Assembly (NCBI GenBank): GCA_024234875.1
Contig: JACKNM010000016.1
Span: forward strand, 1-64,000
DNA: 64,000 bases
Direction of reading: 5' to 3'
Source of the DNA: Ectothiorhodospiraceae bacterium
GTDB lineage: Bacteria > Pseudomonadota > Gammaproteobacteria > HK1
Both the position numbers and the translations under genes were made by a program. A model generated the notes under the pieces. That model was not told the DNA's origin and did not search any database. It saw only the letters and a program-made list of their open reading frames with translations. Positions 44,901 through 53,027 of this stretch are shown one piece after another (positions within the stretch are counted from its first letter, which is position 1; each line of letters opens with the position of its first letter).

Positions 44901-46057
44901 CGCTGGACCTCGGCGGTGGCAGCGTCGCCACCACGAGCGGGACGACCTCGCTGCGCTCGAACTCCGGCGTGGATCTGGCCGGTGCCTCGGTCGATGCGCC
45001 CGGCGCCCTCGACATCCTCTCCGGTGCGGCGCTGGACCTGAGCGGGGCGACCCTGTCCGCGGGCGATCTGGTGCGGATGCAGTCGGGCGGCCAGGTCTCG
45101 GCCGCCGGCGTCCAGCTGCGCGGTCCCAACGGCATCGACGTCCTCTCCAGCTCCGGCATCGATCTCACCGGAGGCGACATCGACGGCGGGTTCTTCGTCC
45201 GCCTGCAGGCATCGGGCCCGGTGTCACTGGTCAACAGCCGCGTGCGGGCGAATCCGCTGGCGGTGATCACCCCCGGCACCATCTCGATCTCCGGCGCGAC
45301 GATGCAGCTCAACGGTGGCTTGTTGCAGGGTGGCAGCGTCACCAACGGGCCGGCCTCGATCACCCTCGGTGGCGGGACGGTGGCGACGGTGGCAGGGGAC
45401 GGCCCTCTGGTCGACGCCCTGGCCGCGAACGACATTCCCGTGGCCAGCGGCTCGCCGAACTTCGCGGTGGTGTCGCAGGGGGCGGTGAACCTGTCCGAGA
45501 CCACGCTCAATCTCGGCAACGCGGCGAGCTACCTGTGGTTCCAGGGCAGCTCGATCCAGTCCCTGGGCTCGGTGATCAATGCGCCCTCGGCGCTGCTGGT
45601 GCAGTTCGCTCCGAGCGGCGGTGGCAGCACCATCTCGCTGGAGCAGACCGTCGGGGTCGGCGGTGACGTCAACTTCGGCGTGCTCGAGCACATCGACGCG
45701 CTGCCCGACACCCCGGGCACCACCGTGGCCTTCGGCTTCGGCACCGACCCACTCGGCGTCGCCACGCCGTTCGCCGGTGACCTCTTCGTCAGCCAGGACG
45801 GGGCGCTCGACCTCGGGAGCCGCAACCTGGTGCTGCTGAGCGCGGGAGAGGTGTTCGGCGCCGGCGGTGGCACCGGGATCGAGAGCCTCGACATCGCGAG
45901 CAGCGGCCTGGTGCTCTATGTCAACGGGGGCGTGGCGACCGCCTTCGGAGCGGCCGAGGAGTTCGAGACCCCGACCAACGACGAGCTGAACGAGGCTCCG
46001 CCGAGCATCGCGGAACCGGGCACCGGCACGTCCGAAGAAATCCTGAGCTGCAACTGA
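32999..46057 (+). CDS. giant two-partner-secretion exoprotein TpsA (about 4352 aa) with N-terminal TPS/haemagglutination-activity domain and non-FHA Gly/Asp/Thr/Ala/Val-rich repeat body
   Basis: The tracked ORF is 32876..46057. The start is the ATG at 32999 (MTRLTRAPLRVRLAAVAQAV...), which gives an extended TpsA-type signal peptide. The TPS domain is clear (AVINWQTFSVGGNEYVRFNQP...ALNRVTGVDASRILG...GRVFLVNPRGVYFGPGAQVDVGALVAS). The frame stays open for 13 kb, whereas the opposite strand is fragmented. Confidence 0.85.
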   Translation: MTRLTRAPLRVRLAAVAQAVGEALAARRGAVSTLALALPGVALAGPTGEQVVAGSAAVSRPDAHGTVIDQASNRAVINWQTFSVGGNEYVRFNQPGTASVALNRVTGVDASRILGRMDANGRVFLVNPRGVYFGPGAQVDVGALVASAHEISNEDFLAGRYVFTRAGDGADAATVVNAGTITAADGGFVVLAGDYVENSGVVSARLGTVALAAGGRVSLDVGDTGLVSYAVDEATVSELAGVRNSGEITADGGRVVMTAKVAGDLVSTAVNNQGLVRAQGIVERNGEVWLTGSGGDVAHGGTIDVSGQAGQGGGDVRIVGDRNITLAPDSRIEARGDGAASGGDVRVVAARTTEFKRQARIDVQGGNDGGAGGFVELSGEHVRMRGELALGKGGTLLIDPADIVIRDGAYGGFYGGGLGGYGGDIFFEQDLEAFVAAGNNIELVATNSITLENLTDDVLDLTGAGSGGSIAMGIGIGSFASATFVPSSVGGTISFADVNDSLLADAAVRMVAGSDGLNGAGTILIGDVEARQIFVGVTPGGAAGAAAVSAGNLRATNPIGPARVHVFGDGAVTTGTLTSLGASSLIGDVDVQVHADNGTATVGDISATVTGGVATVDLVTDGDLSFGRLDASGTGGVFVIGSVVGGNINGGAVDLVVPALNAGNVSLDLFSGGVTTLSTIGASTPSGDISLTNLSDGTVTRGDLSATTGAGAVSVTDDGLAGVSVGLTGVAGAGGLVDVQLLSGLGSISAGRQTLSNEGGGTTNLTADAQAIGASVDIDGIDVTDGGSGGFTFDVFAEGDVTIAVSTLSSVGGPVSGSLDSGQATLQLTGPFSLSGESVGVSLGGATVDVGDLTATASAGGANVSAGAEGNLTAGNVTASGQTSVFASVAGGLTVAGDTVVGTVDVSTIGDDTLTTFASASANVSGDTVTMGTASVFASMVSASAFFGDASATLNVDAATAITAGNVLVEAEANLSSGSAGAFALSHFEGVEGTTDVGDVTVRADAIGTDASAIARNRLGAPFVLPPAGPTTILTGALVANADAVAIGDGSIGNAEARAVIDVMAVNDTPTTIDLGGNTSASANASVTPGALLPTAMSFADALITIGAPSLDGLEGGLPAADVSAVGPVEAAASTTVTNATSVTEDSSAQILIRAGDSPGGGTIDLQGAVTATGGEAHIEIRNETSLNGVVTLGGDVVATDTKPGPDGRGGPVAPNVDINAGFGTLTTGPLAAISDTDADGGHVRLFSTGDMTLAGPVSALGDGTSLLEVISGGNLDFADLLAEGLTGATLDVDASALMSGGRGEAKVPTGGVGNAMYDFFGLGDIAIGDLFVSTPSGNATGQVIGGAGVARGAANASTGTGLVMVVDDAVTDLVVGTTDASSTGGVMVTETSSTGGASVGRMTLSEGGGGAIDVVVSGIGGPSVVDGVDVSHTGTGPVTVDVGGDGAALGASTMTVAGGPLAVTVAGLSGAGELTGNFTGSAFASTLDLSGATIAFADVTLTGTATTATFDAFAVDAISGGAVDVDGKTLASVALLTTPPGSVGDVTVGDVAIHANSDGARAPLARADLSVDAPTVTLGTVVLDALYASPIPGEAVADLSVQALDGITTADVTVNAVASTPDANAIARALSAIGSEAGVTKTGAVSTTADADGAFALAEADNRIGNTAGSGPFGPAEINTGGLLALATADATGDGASGVADATASVEVLGVDGTPIAIDLGADPAAIAQANVDPGVGSLSTGDATADATVTVAAPGLTSGLGGRPDADLLIRDLTEARAETSVSGAAAATETSRADVLLRAGREQLGTAMQLDGDVLATGGDASITIVNESASGGLVSLGGDVRVTDTRPGGLVVGGVEIDAGLGGLTQALGKLVVDDDADGGRVLLRGDQDIALLGDVTAIGGPALLSIVGGANVDFTNLTADGVDGATIDVDGAATVTGGNIATTVASAGLADYRVLGGTGLLIGDVLATTPSGDVNGSLGTTAGTLNRGLLVASTGAGAVNLTESGDGLTVGNTDATAAGGLLSVDMDARGLDATVGALTLANSGAVNTLVGIRSLGGNLDVDTATIGVVGAGGVLMELDVGAAGGSVALASADLSSTAGGLDLRLVGGSVDGGPTNLTADGGTIHVLADASTGDAIIGAMSVLENGGSLVDVRVLAAGAGVASHGGGSLTSVGGDAQLLVSGTGGAVIASPLSMDGENVNLQIDGSTVDFGDLTLTGLQAVDLVGTAVAGLTGATIGLNGGPVARVDLNAGGALTVGDVTVFSTGPRNAVASAVARAQLMGDTVDAGVVTVSASYAGSDPSGGATAEADVAAAQGITVGHITVDATADTAGGLAVADAHSFVHSAGGNTTTGDIGVAATASGANATAIADNRVGETGGAVSGPVVIHTGSLGADANASAEGDGSSATAIGNALVEVTHLDGGAGSLIVNGSPSAVAVTSAAPPVGTLTSATADSDARVVIGAGPTTPGTDVHVVGDATADAIASAGGATTLVETGFAQVSVRTGGEAGGVAARLDGAVLATGLDASIDIRNDGPPGGDIRLGGDVRATDTRGGDGSTGLVQIAGNAGGIHLAAGTSIVDDDPDGGQVFIQALGPVKLDGAVQALGGGASAVNVQGADVDFASLLAEGGTGASVHVDATTGAVLGGSVDVLVPGGGSGPVDYRVDGATGVSIGDVNALTPSGDVLGGIGASGGSVSRGALFAETGSGQVDVNESGAGMTVGPTDLTAVDGSLRLAMVSSGGDVTAGPITLRRSGFGNTDARITDAVGPGAVDVAGVDILDTGGDVVLDVDADAGPATLGASQVSALGALDVILGGFTIDTGVLTLSTDSATGRLSAAGRGGDVTIAGVDATSAGDFDLFVDATAGGSASLGATTLNAVGADPTVVVAGLADATLSGPFSGTGGIFSLDLDAGGAASAGSVDLSAPTATFRARGDTVALGDVALDGGVGGGTLTYDIDGVNAVAVGSLAAMTATGDILGRIASSSAGMSRGALFAETGSGQVDIDESGAGITVGATDLTAVGGLLRLSMVSSGGDVSTGALTLRRSGAGTTDVRVTDAVGPGSVDVASVDIADTGGDVLLRLDADAGSAILGASQVSAFGALDVDLDGFNIDTGVLTLSTDSATGLLSAVGGGGDVTVAGVDATSAGDFDLFVDATLDGSAALGATTVSAVGADPTVVVAGFADATLAGPFSGSGGIFFLDLDAGGAASAGSVDLSAPTATFRARGGTVALGDVVLDGVDRVELRGTALSGLTAGNVIASALTDARVELDAGRASGGVLGVGDLTVVAETLVGGTPAAVALVQLQGLRVVTGDAFVSAHYETGATGSGADAIFRIGADDGITVGDVVVDAFSRASGSIADATAESVLASVAGDTKTGDITVLADASGPDAFAFAANVIGEAVGAAPPGGISIVTGLLSADAVATAFGNGTNATAQAESRVDILGVDGAVMDVDLGLDPASTATAIVDPGADVLSSGDASADATITIAAPSVATDEGGLPAAVVRIRDATVATADASVVGASSAVESSTAGILIRAGRAVGGVSLRIDGDVLATADEAAIGILNDTPSAATVRLLGDVIATGDEAGVRILPGRVAIPGFPASTGVGGNLDIRGTISAVDLASGVGTLGIENIEVDAGVGGITVGAGASIVDVDPDGASVTLRAEGDIVNAGVVSASGGVAPNDIDIVLAGAGNSLSGAGAWQSDRMRIVGTGGNDVVATTSVETLVLGDLRDATLDNQSFTGPSQFDLFGTFRDVGITFGGDATWTTAAAGTTRLGSGGGAPGARSIIANSLVLGTDGALVMEGVQVDAAGRVNLLSGDALKLADAQLRGVPIDLIAGGVLDLDRAAVQSTGVVTLRGGGGILADTASIDAAAGVDAFTTQDVDLTGLQLNVTGAFVLQTNGAITLDGATIAADGPLDLRGGTGISFSGTELATTGAMVLVSGAGISGAGSELLATTGIDVFAAGPLDLGGGSVATTSGTTSLRSNSGVDLAGASVDAPGALDILSGAALDLSGATLSAGDLVRMQSGGQVSAAGVQLRGPNGIDVLSSSGIDLTGGDIDGGFFVRLQASGPVSLVNSRVRANPLAVITPGTISISGATMQLNGGLLQGGSVTNGPASITLGGGTVATVAGDGPLVDALAANDIPVASGSPNFAVVSQGAVNLSETTLNLGNAASYLWFQGSSIQSLGSVINAPSALLVQFAPSGGGSTISLEQTVGVGGDVNFGVLEHIDALPDTPGTTVAFGFGTDPLGVATPFAGDLFVSQDGALDLGSRNLVLLSAGEVFGAGGGTGIESLDIASSGLVLYVNGGVATAFGAAEEFETPTNDELNEAPPSIAEPGTGTSEEILSCN
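41096..41860 (+). repeat. internal tandem duplication in tpsA, copy 1
   Basis: About 765 nt are nearly identical to 41975-42739 at the nucleotide level. The encoded peptide runs from SRGALFAETGSGQVD to TATFRARGxTVALGDV. The period is about 879 nt. Confidence 0.6.
41975..42739 (+). repeat. internal tandem duplication in tpsA, copy 2
   Basis: See copy 1. Only a few substitutions separate the copies, for example GTTCCGGTCAGGTCGACGT versus GCTCCGGCCAGGTCGACAT. Confidence 0.6.
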
Positions 46058-46746
46058 TGAAGGCCGAGACAATGCAACGAACGGGACGCGTCGCGGTGCT
46101 GGCGCTGGCTCTGGGGCTGCTCGGCGCCGCCGGCGCGGCGCAGGCCCAGGGCGCGGCCGGGACGGTCAATCAGGCGCGCGGGCAGGTCGTGGCGGCGACC
46201 GCGGACGGCCAGTTCCGAGCCCTCGCGCAGGGCTCGACGGTCCATTCGGGCGACACCATCAACACCGGGCCGGGCAGCTATGTGAAGGTCGGGTTCTCCG
46301 ACGGGAGCTCGGTGTACCTGCGCCCCGGCACCCGCTTCCGGGTCGACGAGTTCGCCGACGGCGGTGAGAAGGAGAAGGAGAAGGACCGCAGCTTCTTCAG
46401 CCTGCTGAAGGGTGGGCTGCGATACGTCACCGGGCTCATCGGGCGGCGCAATCGCGATGCCTTCCGGCTCTCCTCGCCGGTCGCCACCATCGGTATCCGT
46501 GGCACCGACTTCGTCGCCCGCCTGTGCCTCGGAGACTGCCTCGGACCGGACGGGCTCTACACCCAGACCAACGAGGGGGTCATTCTGGTGAGCGGCGGCG
46601 GGGCCGAGATCACCTCCCCGGCCGGGCAGTTCTCCTACGTGTGCCCGGGCTGCGTTCCCGAGCCCATCCAGGCGCAGCCGGCCGAGTTCCAGATCGAGAC
46701 CTATCCGGGTGGCGACACCCAGGAAGAGCCGGAGTGTCCGGGCTGA
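46057..46746 (+). CDS. secreted FecR-domain protein
   Basis: 229 aa. Its ATG overlaps the tpsA stop (TGATG). It has a signal peptide (RVAVLALALGLLGAAGAAQA) and a FecR-like core (GTVNQARGQVVA...GSTVHSGDTINTGPGSYVKVGFSDGSSVYLRPGTRFRV). The C-terminus is Cys-containing (CPGCVPEP...ECPG). Confidence 0.6.
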   Translation: MKAETMQRTGRVAVLALALGLLGAAGAAQAQGAAGTVNQARGQVVAATADGQFRALAQGSTVHSGDTINTGPGSYVKVGFSDGSSVYLRPGTRFRVDEFADGGEKEKEKDRSFFSLLKGGLRYVTGLIGRRNRDAFRLSSPVATIGIRGTDFVARLCLGDCLGPDGLYTQTNEGVILVSGGGAEITSPAGQFSYVCPGCVPEPIQAQPAEFQIETYPGGDTQEEPECPG

Positions 46747-47536
46747 CCGGGCGCGAGCGCGTCGGGCCGGGGTCGGAAGGGTCGCGCTCGCCGGCGGCGG
46801 GTTGAGCGCGACTGTCGCGAACGCGCGGAACCCCCTCGGCTACGGCCGACTGGTGCCGTTCGAGCGTGAGCGGCACGGGGCGCTCGGGCTCGACCCGGGT
46901 GCGCCGGCGCGATTCGCCCGGCGTTTGCACGCCATCGTCATCACCGTGGACGAGTTCCTCGTCGCCGCGCGCCAGTACGCCATCATGTTCACGCGCGATC
47001 CCGATACCGCGGCGTACGTGCCGGTCGCGGTCACCGGCCTCGTGCCCGGGGAGAATCGCATCCTCACCGCCGATGGTGCCTGGCCGGCCGCCGCCTACGT
47101 CCCCGCCTACGTGCGCCGTTATCCCTTCTACGCGGTGCCGCGCAGCGGCGCCCGCGCGCCCGACGTGCTGGTGTGCGTGGACGAGGAGGCGCTGTGCCTG
47201 GGCGAGGCGCCGTTGCTCGAGGCCGACGGGCGCCCGGGTGGAGCGTGGGCCGAGCGCGAGTCGCTGGTGCGCGAGTTCGAGCGCGCCTGGCGTCACACCC
47301 GAGCCTTCGTCGATGCCGTCGCCCGGCTCGACGTGATCCGCCCGGTGGAGGCCCACGCCCACCCCGCGGACGGATCCGTGCATCGACTGCGCAATCTCTA
47401 CCGCGTCGACGAGGCCCGACTCAACGCGCTCGAGGGAAGGGCGCTCAAGGCACTGATGCAGGTCGGGGCGCTGTCGCGGGTCTACGCGCACCTGATGTCG
47501 ATGGACAACCTCGCCCGCCTGCTCGAGCCGCGCTGA
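46709..47536 (+). CDS. SapC-family protein
   Basis: The ORF track starts at 46709. The conserved SapC-like N-terminus (RLVPFERERHGALGLDPGAPARFARRLHAIVITVDEFLVAARQYAIMF) suggests the real start is a downstream in-frame TTG around 46802. The start is uncertain. Confidence 0.55.
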   Translation: MATPRKSRSVRADRARARRAGVGRVALAGGGLSATVANARNPLGYGRLVPFERERHGALGLDPGAPARFARRLHAIVITVDEFLVAARQYAIMFTRDPDTAAYVPVAVTGLVPGENRILTADGAWPAAAYVPAYVRRYPFYAVPRSGARAPDVLVCVDEEALCLGEAPLLEADGRPGGAWAERESLVREFERAWRHTRAFVDAVARLDVIRPVEAHAHPADGSVHRLRNLYRVDEARLNALEGRALKALMQVGALSRVYAHLMSMDNLARLLEPR

Positions 47537-47548
47537 ACCCGACATCCG

Positions 47549-48963
47549 GTGCCCGATTCCAGCGCCACCTCCGGCCGTCTCCCCACCCGCCCGGTGTCGC
47601 TGCTCGGGCTCGACCTGGTGCCGAGGGCGTCGGTCCCGGGCGCACGCTGGCCGGCGCTTCCGGACTTCCCGGGGGCGCTGATGCTCGCGCTGCAGTTCCA
47701 GCTCGAGCGCACCGAGCGGTGGTCTCCCGAGGCGCTGCGCGCGGCGCAGCTCCGAGAGCTCGGGGACCTGTTGCGCCACGCGGTCGAGACGGTGCCCCAC
47801 TACCGCGCGCGCAAGGCGCTGTACGCGCCGGAGGGTGACGGCGCGCTCGCCGAGGCCCAGCTCGCCCGGCTCCCCGTCCTGCAGCGCGCCGAGGTCCAGG
47901 CCCTCGGGGCGGCGCTGCACAGCGCGCGGGTCCCGGCCGAGCACGGCCCGAGCGCGACCCTGCGCACCTCGGGCTCGACCGGGGCGCCGGTCGAGGTCCT
48001 GGTGACCCACCTGGCGACCGCGTTCAACGCCGCCGTGGTGCTCCGCGACCACCTCTGGCACCGACGCGACCCGACCGGGAAGCTCGCCACGATGCTCAAC
48101 CGGATCGCGCCGCCGGCGCCGAGCTGGGGGGCGCCGTTCGACACCCTGCTCGACACCGGGCCGCTGGTCTCCTACGACGTGCGGCTCCCGATCGACGACC
48201 AGGCGCGGTGGCTCGCTCGCGAGAATCCGACCTACCTGCTGACCTACGCGAGCAACGCCCGAGCCCTCGCCCGCCACTGCATCGAGCACCAGATCGCGGT
48301 GCCCGCGCTGCGCCAGGTCCGGAGCATGGGCGAGGTGGCGCGCGAGGATCTCCCCGCGCTCGCGCTGCACGCCTGGGGCGCGAGCGTGGTCGACGCCTAC
48401 AGTGCGCAGGAGGTCGGCGTGCTGGCCCTGCAATGCCCCGAGCACGGGACCTACCACCTGCAATGCGAGCAGTCGCTGGTCGAGGTGCTGGCCCCGGATG
48501 GCCGGCCCTGCCGGCCGGGCGAGGTCGGGCGGGTGGTGGTGACCCCGTTGCGCAACTGGGCGATGCCGCTGGTGCGCTACGCGCTGCTCGACCACGCCGA
48601 GGTGGCGCCGCCATGCCCCTGCGGCCGAGGTCTGCCCGGTCTTCGGCGCATTGTCGGGCGGCGGCGCAACATGTTGCGGTTCCCCGACGGGCGCAGCGCC
48701 TGGCCGAGCTTTCCCGAGTCGGTCTGGGAGGGGATCGAGGGCTACGGCCGTGTCCAGATCGTGCAGCTGGCGGCGGACACCCTGCGCGTTCGGCTCGAGC
48801 GCGATCGGCCGCTCGAGCCGGCACAGATGGCGGCCCTGACGCGGCGACTGACCGCGCGCATGGGGTATCCGTTTCGCGTCGAGGTCGAGGTGGTGCGGGA
48901 GCTGCCGCTGCCGGGCGGCGGCAAGTTCGAGGACTTCGTCGGCCTCGACGACGAGGGTGAGCG

Positions 48964-48967
<4 letters not shown>
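47549..48967 (+). CDS. PaaK/CapK-like adenylate-forming ligase (phenylacetate-CoA ligase / coenzyme F390 synthetase superfamily)
   Basis: 472 aa. It has the TSGSTGAP AMP-binding motif. The overall layout is typical of PaaK-like acyl-AMP ligases, which lack the long ANL C-terminal domain. Confidence 0.6.
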
Positions 48968-51929
<2,962 letters not shown>

Positions 51930-51996
51930 TTCGCCTCCGCCGAGGCGGCGGCGGGCCGTCGGCGAGCCCGCCGCTCGCCGTGCCCTGCTCGAGTGC

Positions 51997-52635
51997 ATGC
52001 GACGGATGGACGCCCGGGGCCTGAACCGGGGAACCTCCGGCAATGCGAGCGTTCGGCTCGGTGACGAGGTGCTGATCACCCCGAGTGGCGTCGGCCTCGA
52101 TGCGCTGGACGCCGGGTCGATGGTGCGCATGTCGATCGACGGCGTGCCGCGGGACGCCGGCGCCGTGCCCTCGAGCGAGTGGCCGTTGCACACCGCGGTG
52201 CTGCGCGCGCGCGCCGACGCGGTGGCCGTCGTCCACGCTCACCCCCCCTATGCCACCGCGCTCGCCTGTGCCCGACGCGGCATCGCGCCGCTGCACTACA
52301 TGGTGGCCGTCGCCGGCGGTGCCGACGTGCGTTGCGCGCCGTACGCCACCTTCGGCAGCGACGCGCTCGGCGAGCACACCGTCAGCGCCCTCGAGGGCCG
52401 ACAGGCCTGCCTGCTCGCGAACCACGGACTGGTGGCCATCGGACCGAGTCTCGACCGCGCACTGTGGGTCGCGGAGGAGGTCGAGTTCCTGGCCCGGCTG
52501 CAGCTTCTCGCCAGCGCCGCCGGGGGCGCGGTGCTGCTCACCGAGGCCGAGATCGCCGATGCCGCCGAGCGCTTCCGAACCTACGGCCCGCGTCGGGGCG
52601 GCCCGCCTCGGGGTCGGACCAACTCATCTATCTGA
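51997..52635 (+). CDS. class II aldolase/adducin-family protein (FucA-like)
   Basis: It has the GTSGNASVRL motif and HAHPPYATA metal-ligand histidines. The region upstream of the ATG at 51997 is in frame (…EPAARRALLEC) and aligns with the conserved N-terminal helix, but it has no start codon. The last ~15 codons are encoded by the repeat element at 52591 onwards. Confidence 0.5.
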   Translation: MRRMDARGLNRGTSGNASVRLGDEVLITPSGVGLDALDAGSMVRMSIDGVPRDAGAVPSSEWPLHTAVLRARADAVAVVHAHPPYATALACARRGIAPLHYMVAVAGGADVRCAPYATFGSDALGEHTVSALEGRQACLLANHGLVAIGPSLDRALWVAEEVEFLARLQLLASAAGGAVLLTEAEIADAAERFRTYGPRRGGPPRGRTNSSI

Positions 52636-53010
52636 TTCGGAAAAGATTTCCGCGACTACTGGCCATCTCGGCGTCTGGACCGCGCACCGCGAGCTGGGGT
52701 GCCGCCGACCGCGAGCACCTCGACCCGCGGGGTCGCGGTAATCGAGTGGCCGCGTCGGCGCGTCGGGGTCGGACCAAGTCATCTATCGGATTCCAAAAGA
52801 AAATTTCCCCGACCACCGGTCGTCTCGGTGCCCGGCCCGCGCACGGCGAGCTGAGGTGCCGCCGAGACCGTGTGCACCTCGACCCGCGGGGTCGCGGGGA
52901 TCGACTGGTCCGCCCCGTTCGTGGTCGGACAACGGCCGACCAGGTTGGTCCGGCCCAGACCTGAGGGCCAGAAGATAGGAAAATCAAAGGCTTGAGTTGG
53001 TCCGACCCCG
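52591..53010. repeat. intergenic repeat array: two direct ~150-bp copies (52591-52738, 52753-52897) plus an inverted terminal fragment (52975-53010); MITE-like
   Basis: The copies start with CGTCGGGGTCGGACCAA(C/G)TCATCTATC and end with GCACCTCGACCCGCGGGGTCGCGG. Each has an AT-rich core (AAAAGATTTCC and CAAAAGAAAATTTCCCC). GAGTTGGTCCGACCCCG at 52993-53009 is the reverse complement of the repeat start. Confidence 0.5.
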
Positions 53011-53027
53011 GTCGTGCCAGTCGTGGC

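Noticed and set aside
32702-45519. Long minus-strand ORFs over tpsA (32702..35959, 35464..38841, 36326..40915, 41131..42939, 42964..45519, and more)
   Set aside because: They are antisense to a gene with a bona fide N-terminal TPS domain and an upstream TpsB. They are fragmented by stops, whereas the plus frame stays open for 13 kb. Their products are Pro/Ala/Ser/Thr/Arg-rich translations typical of GC-rich antisense frames.
32999-46075. tpsA as a contact-dependent inhibition (CdiA) toxin with a downstream immunity gene
   Set aside because: There is no VENN or other pretoxin motif and no distinct C-terminal toxin domain; the repeats run to within ~80 aa of the end. The next ORF is a 229-aa secreted FecR-domain protein, not a small cytoplasmic immunity-like protein.
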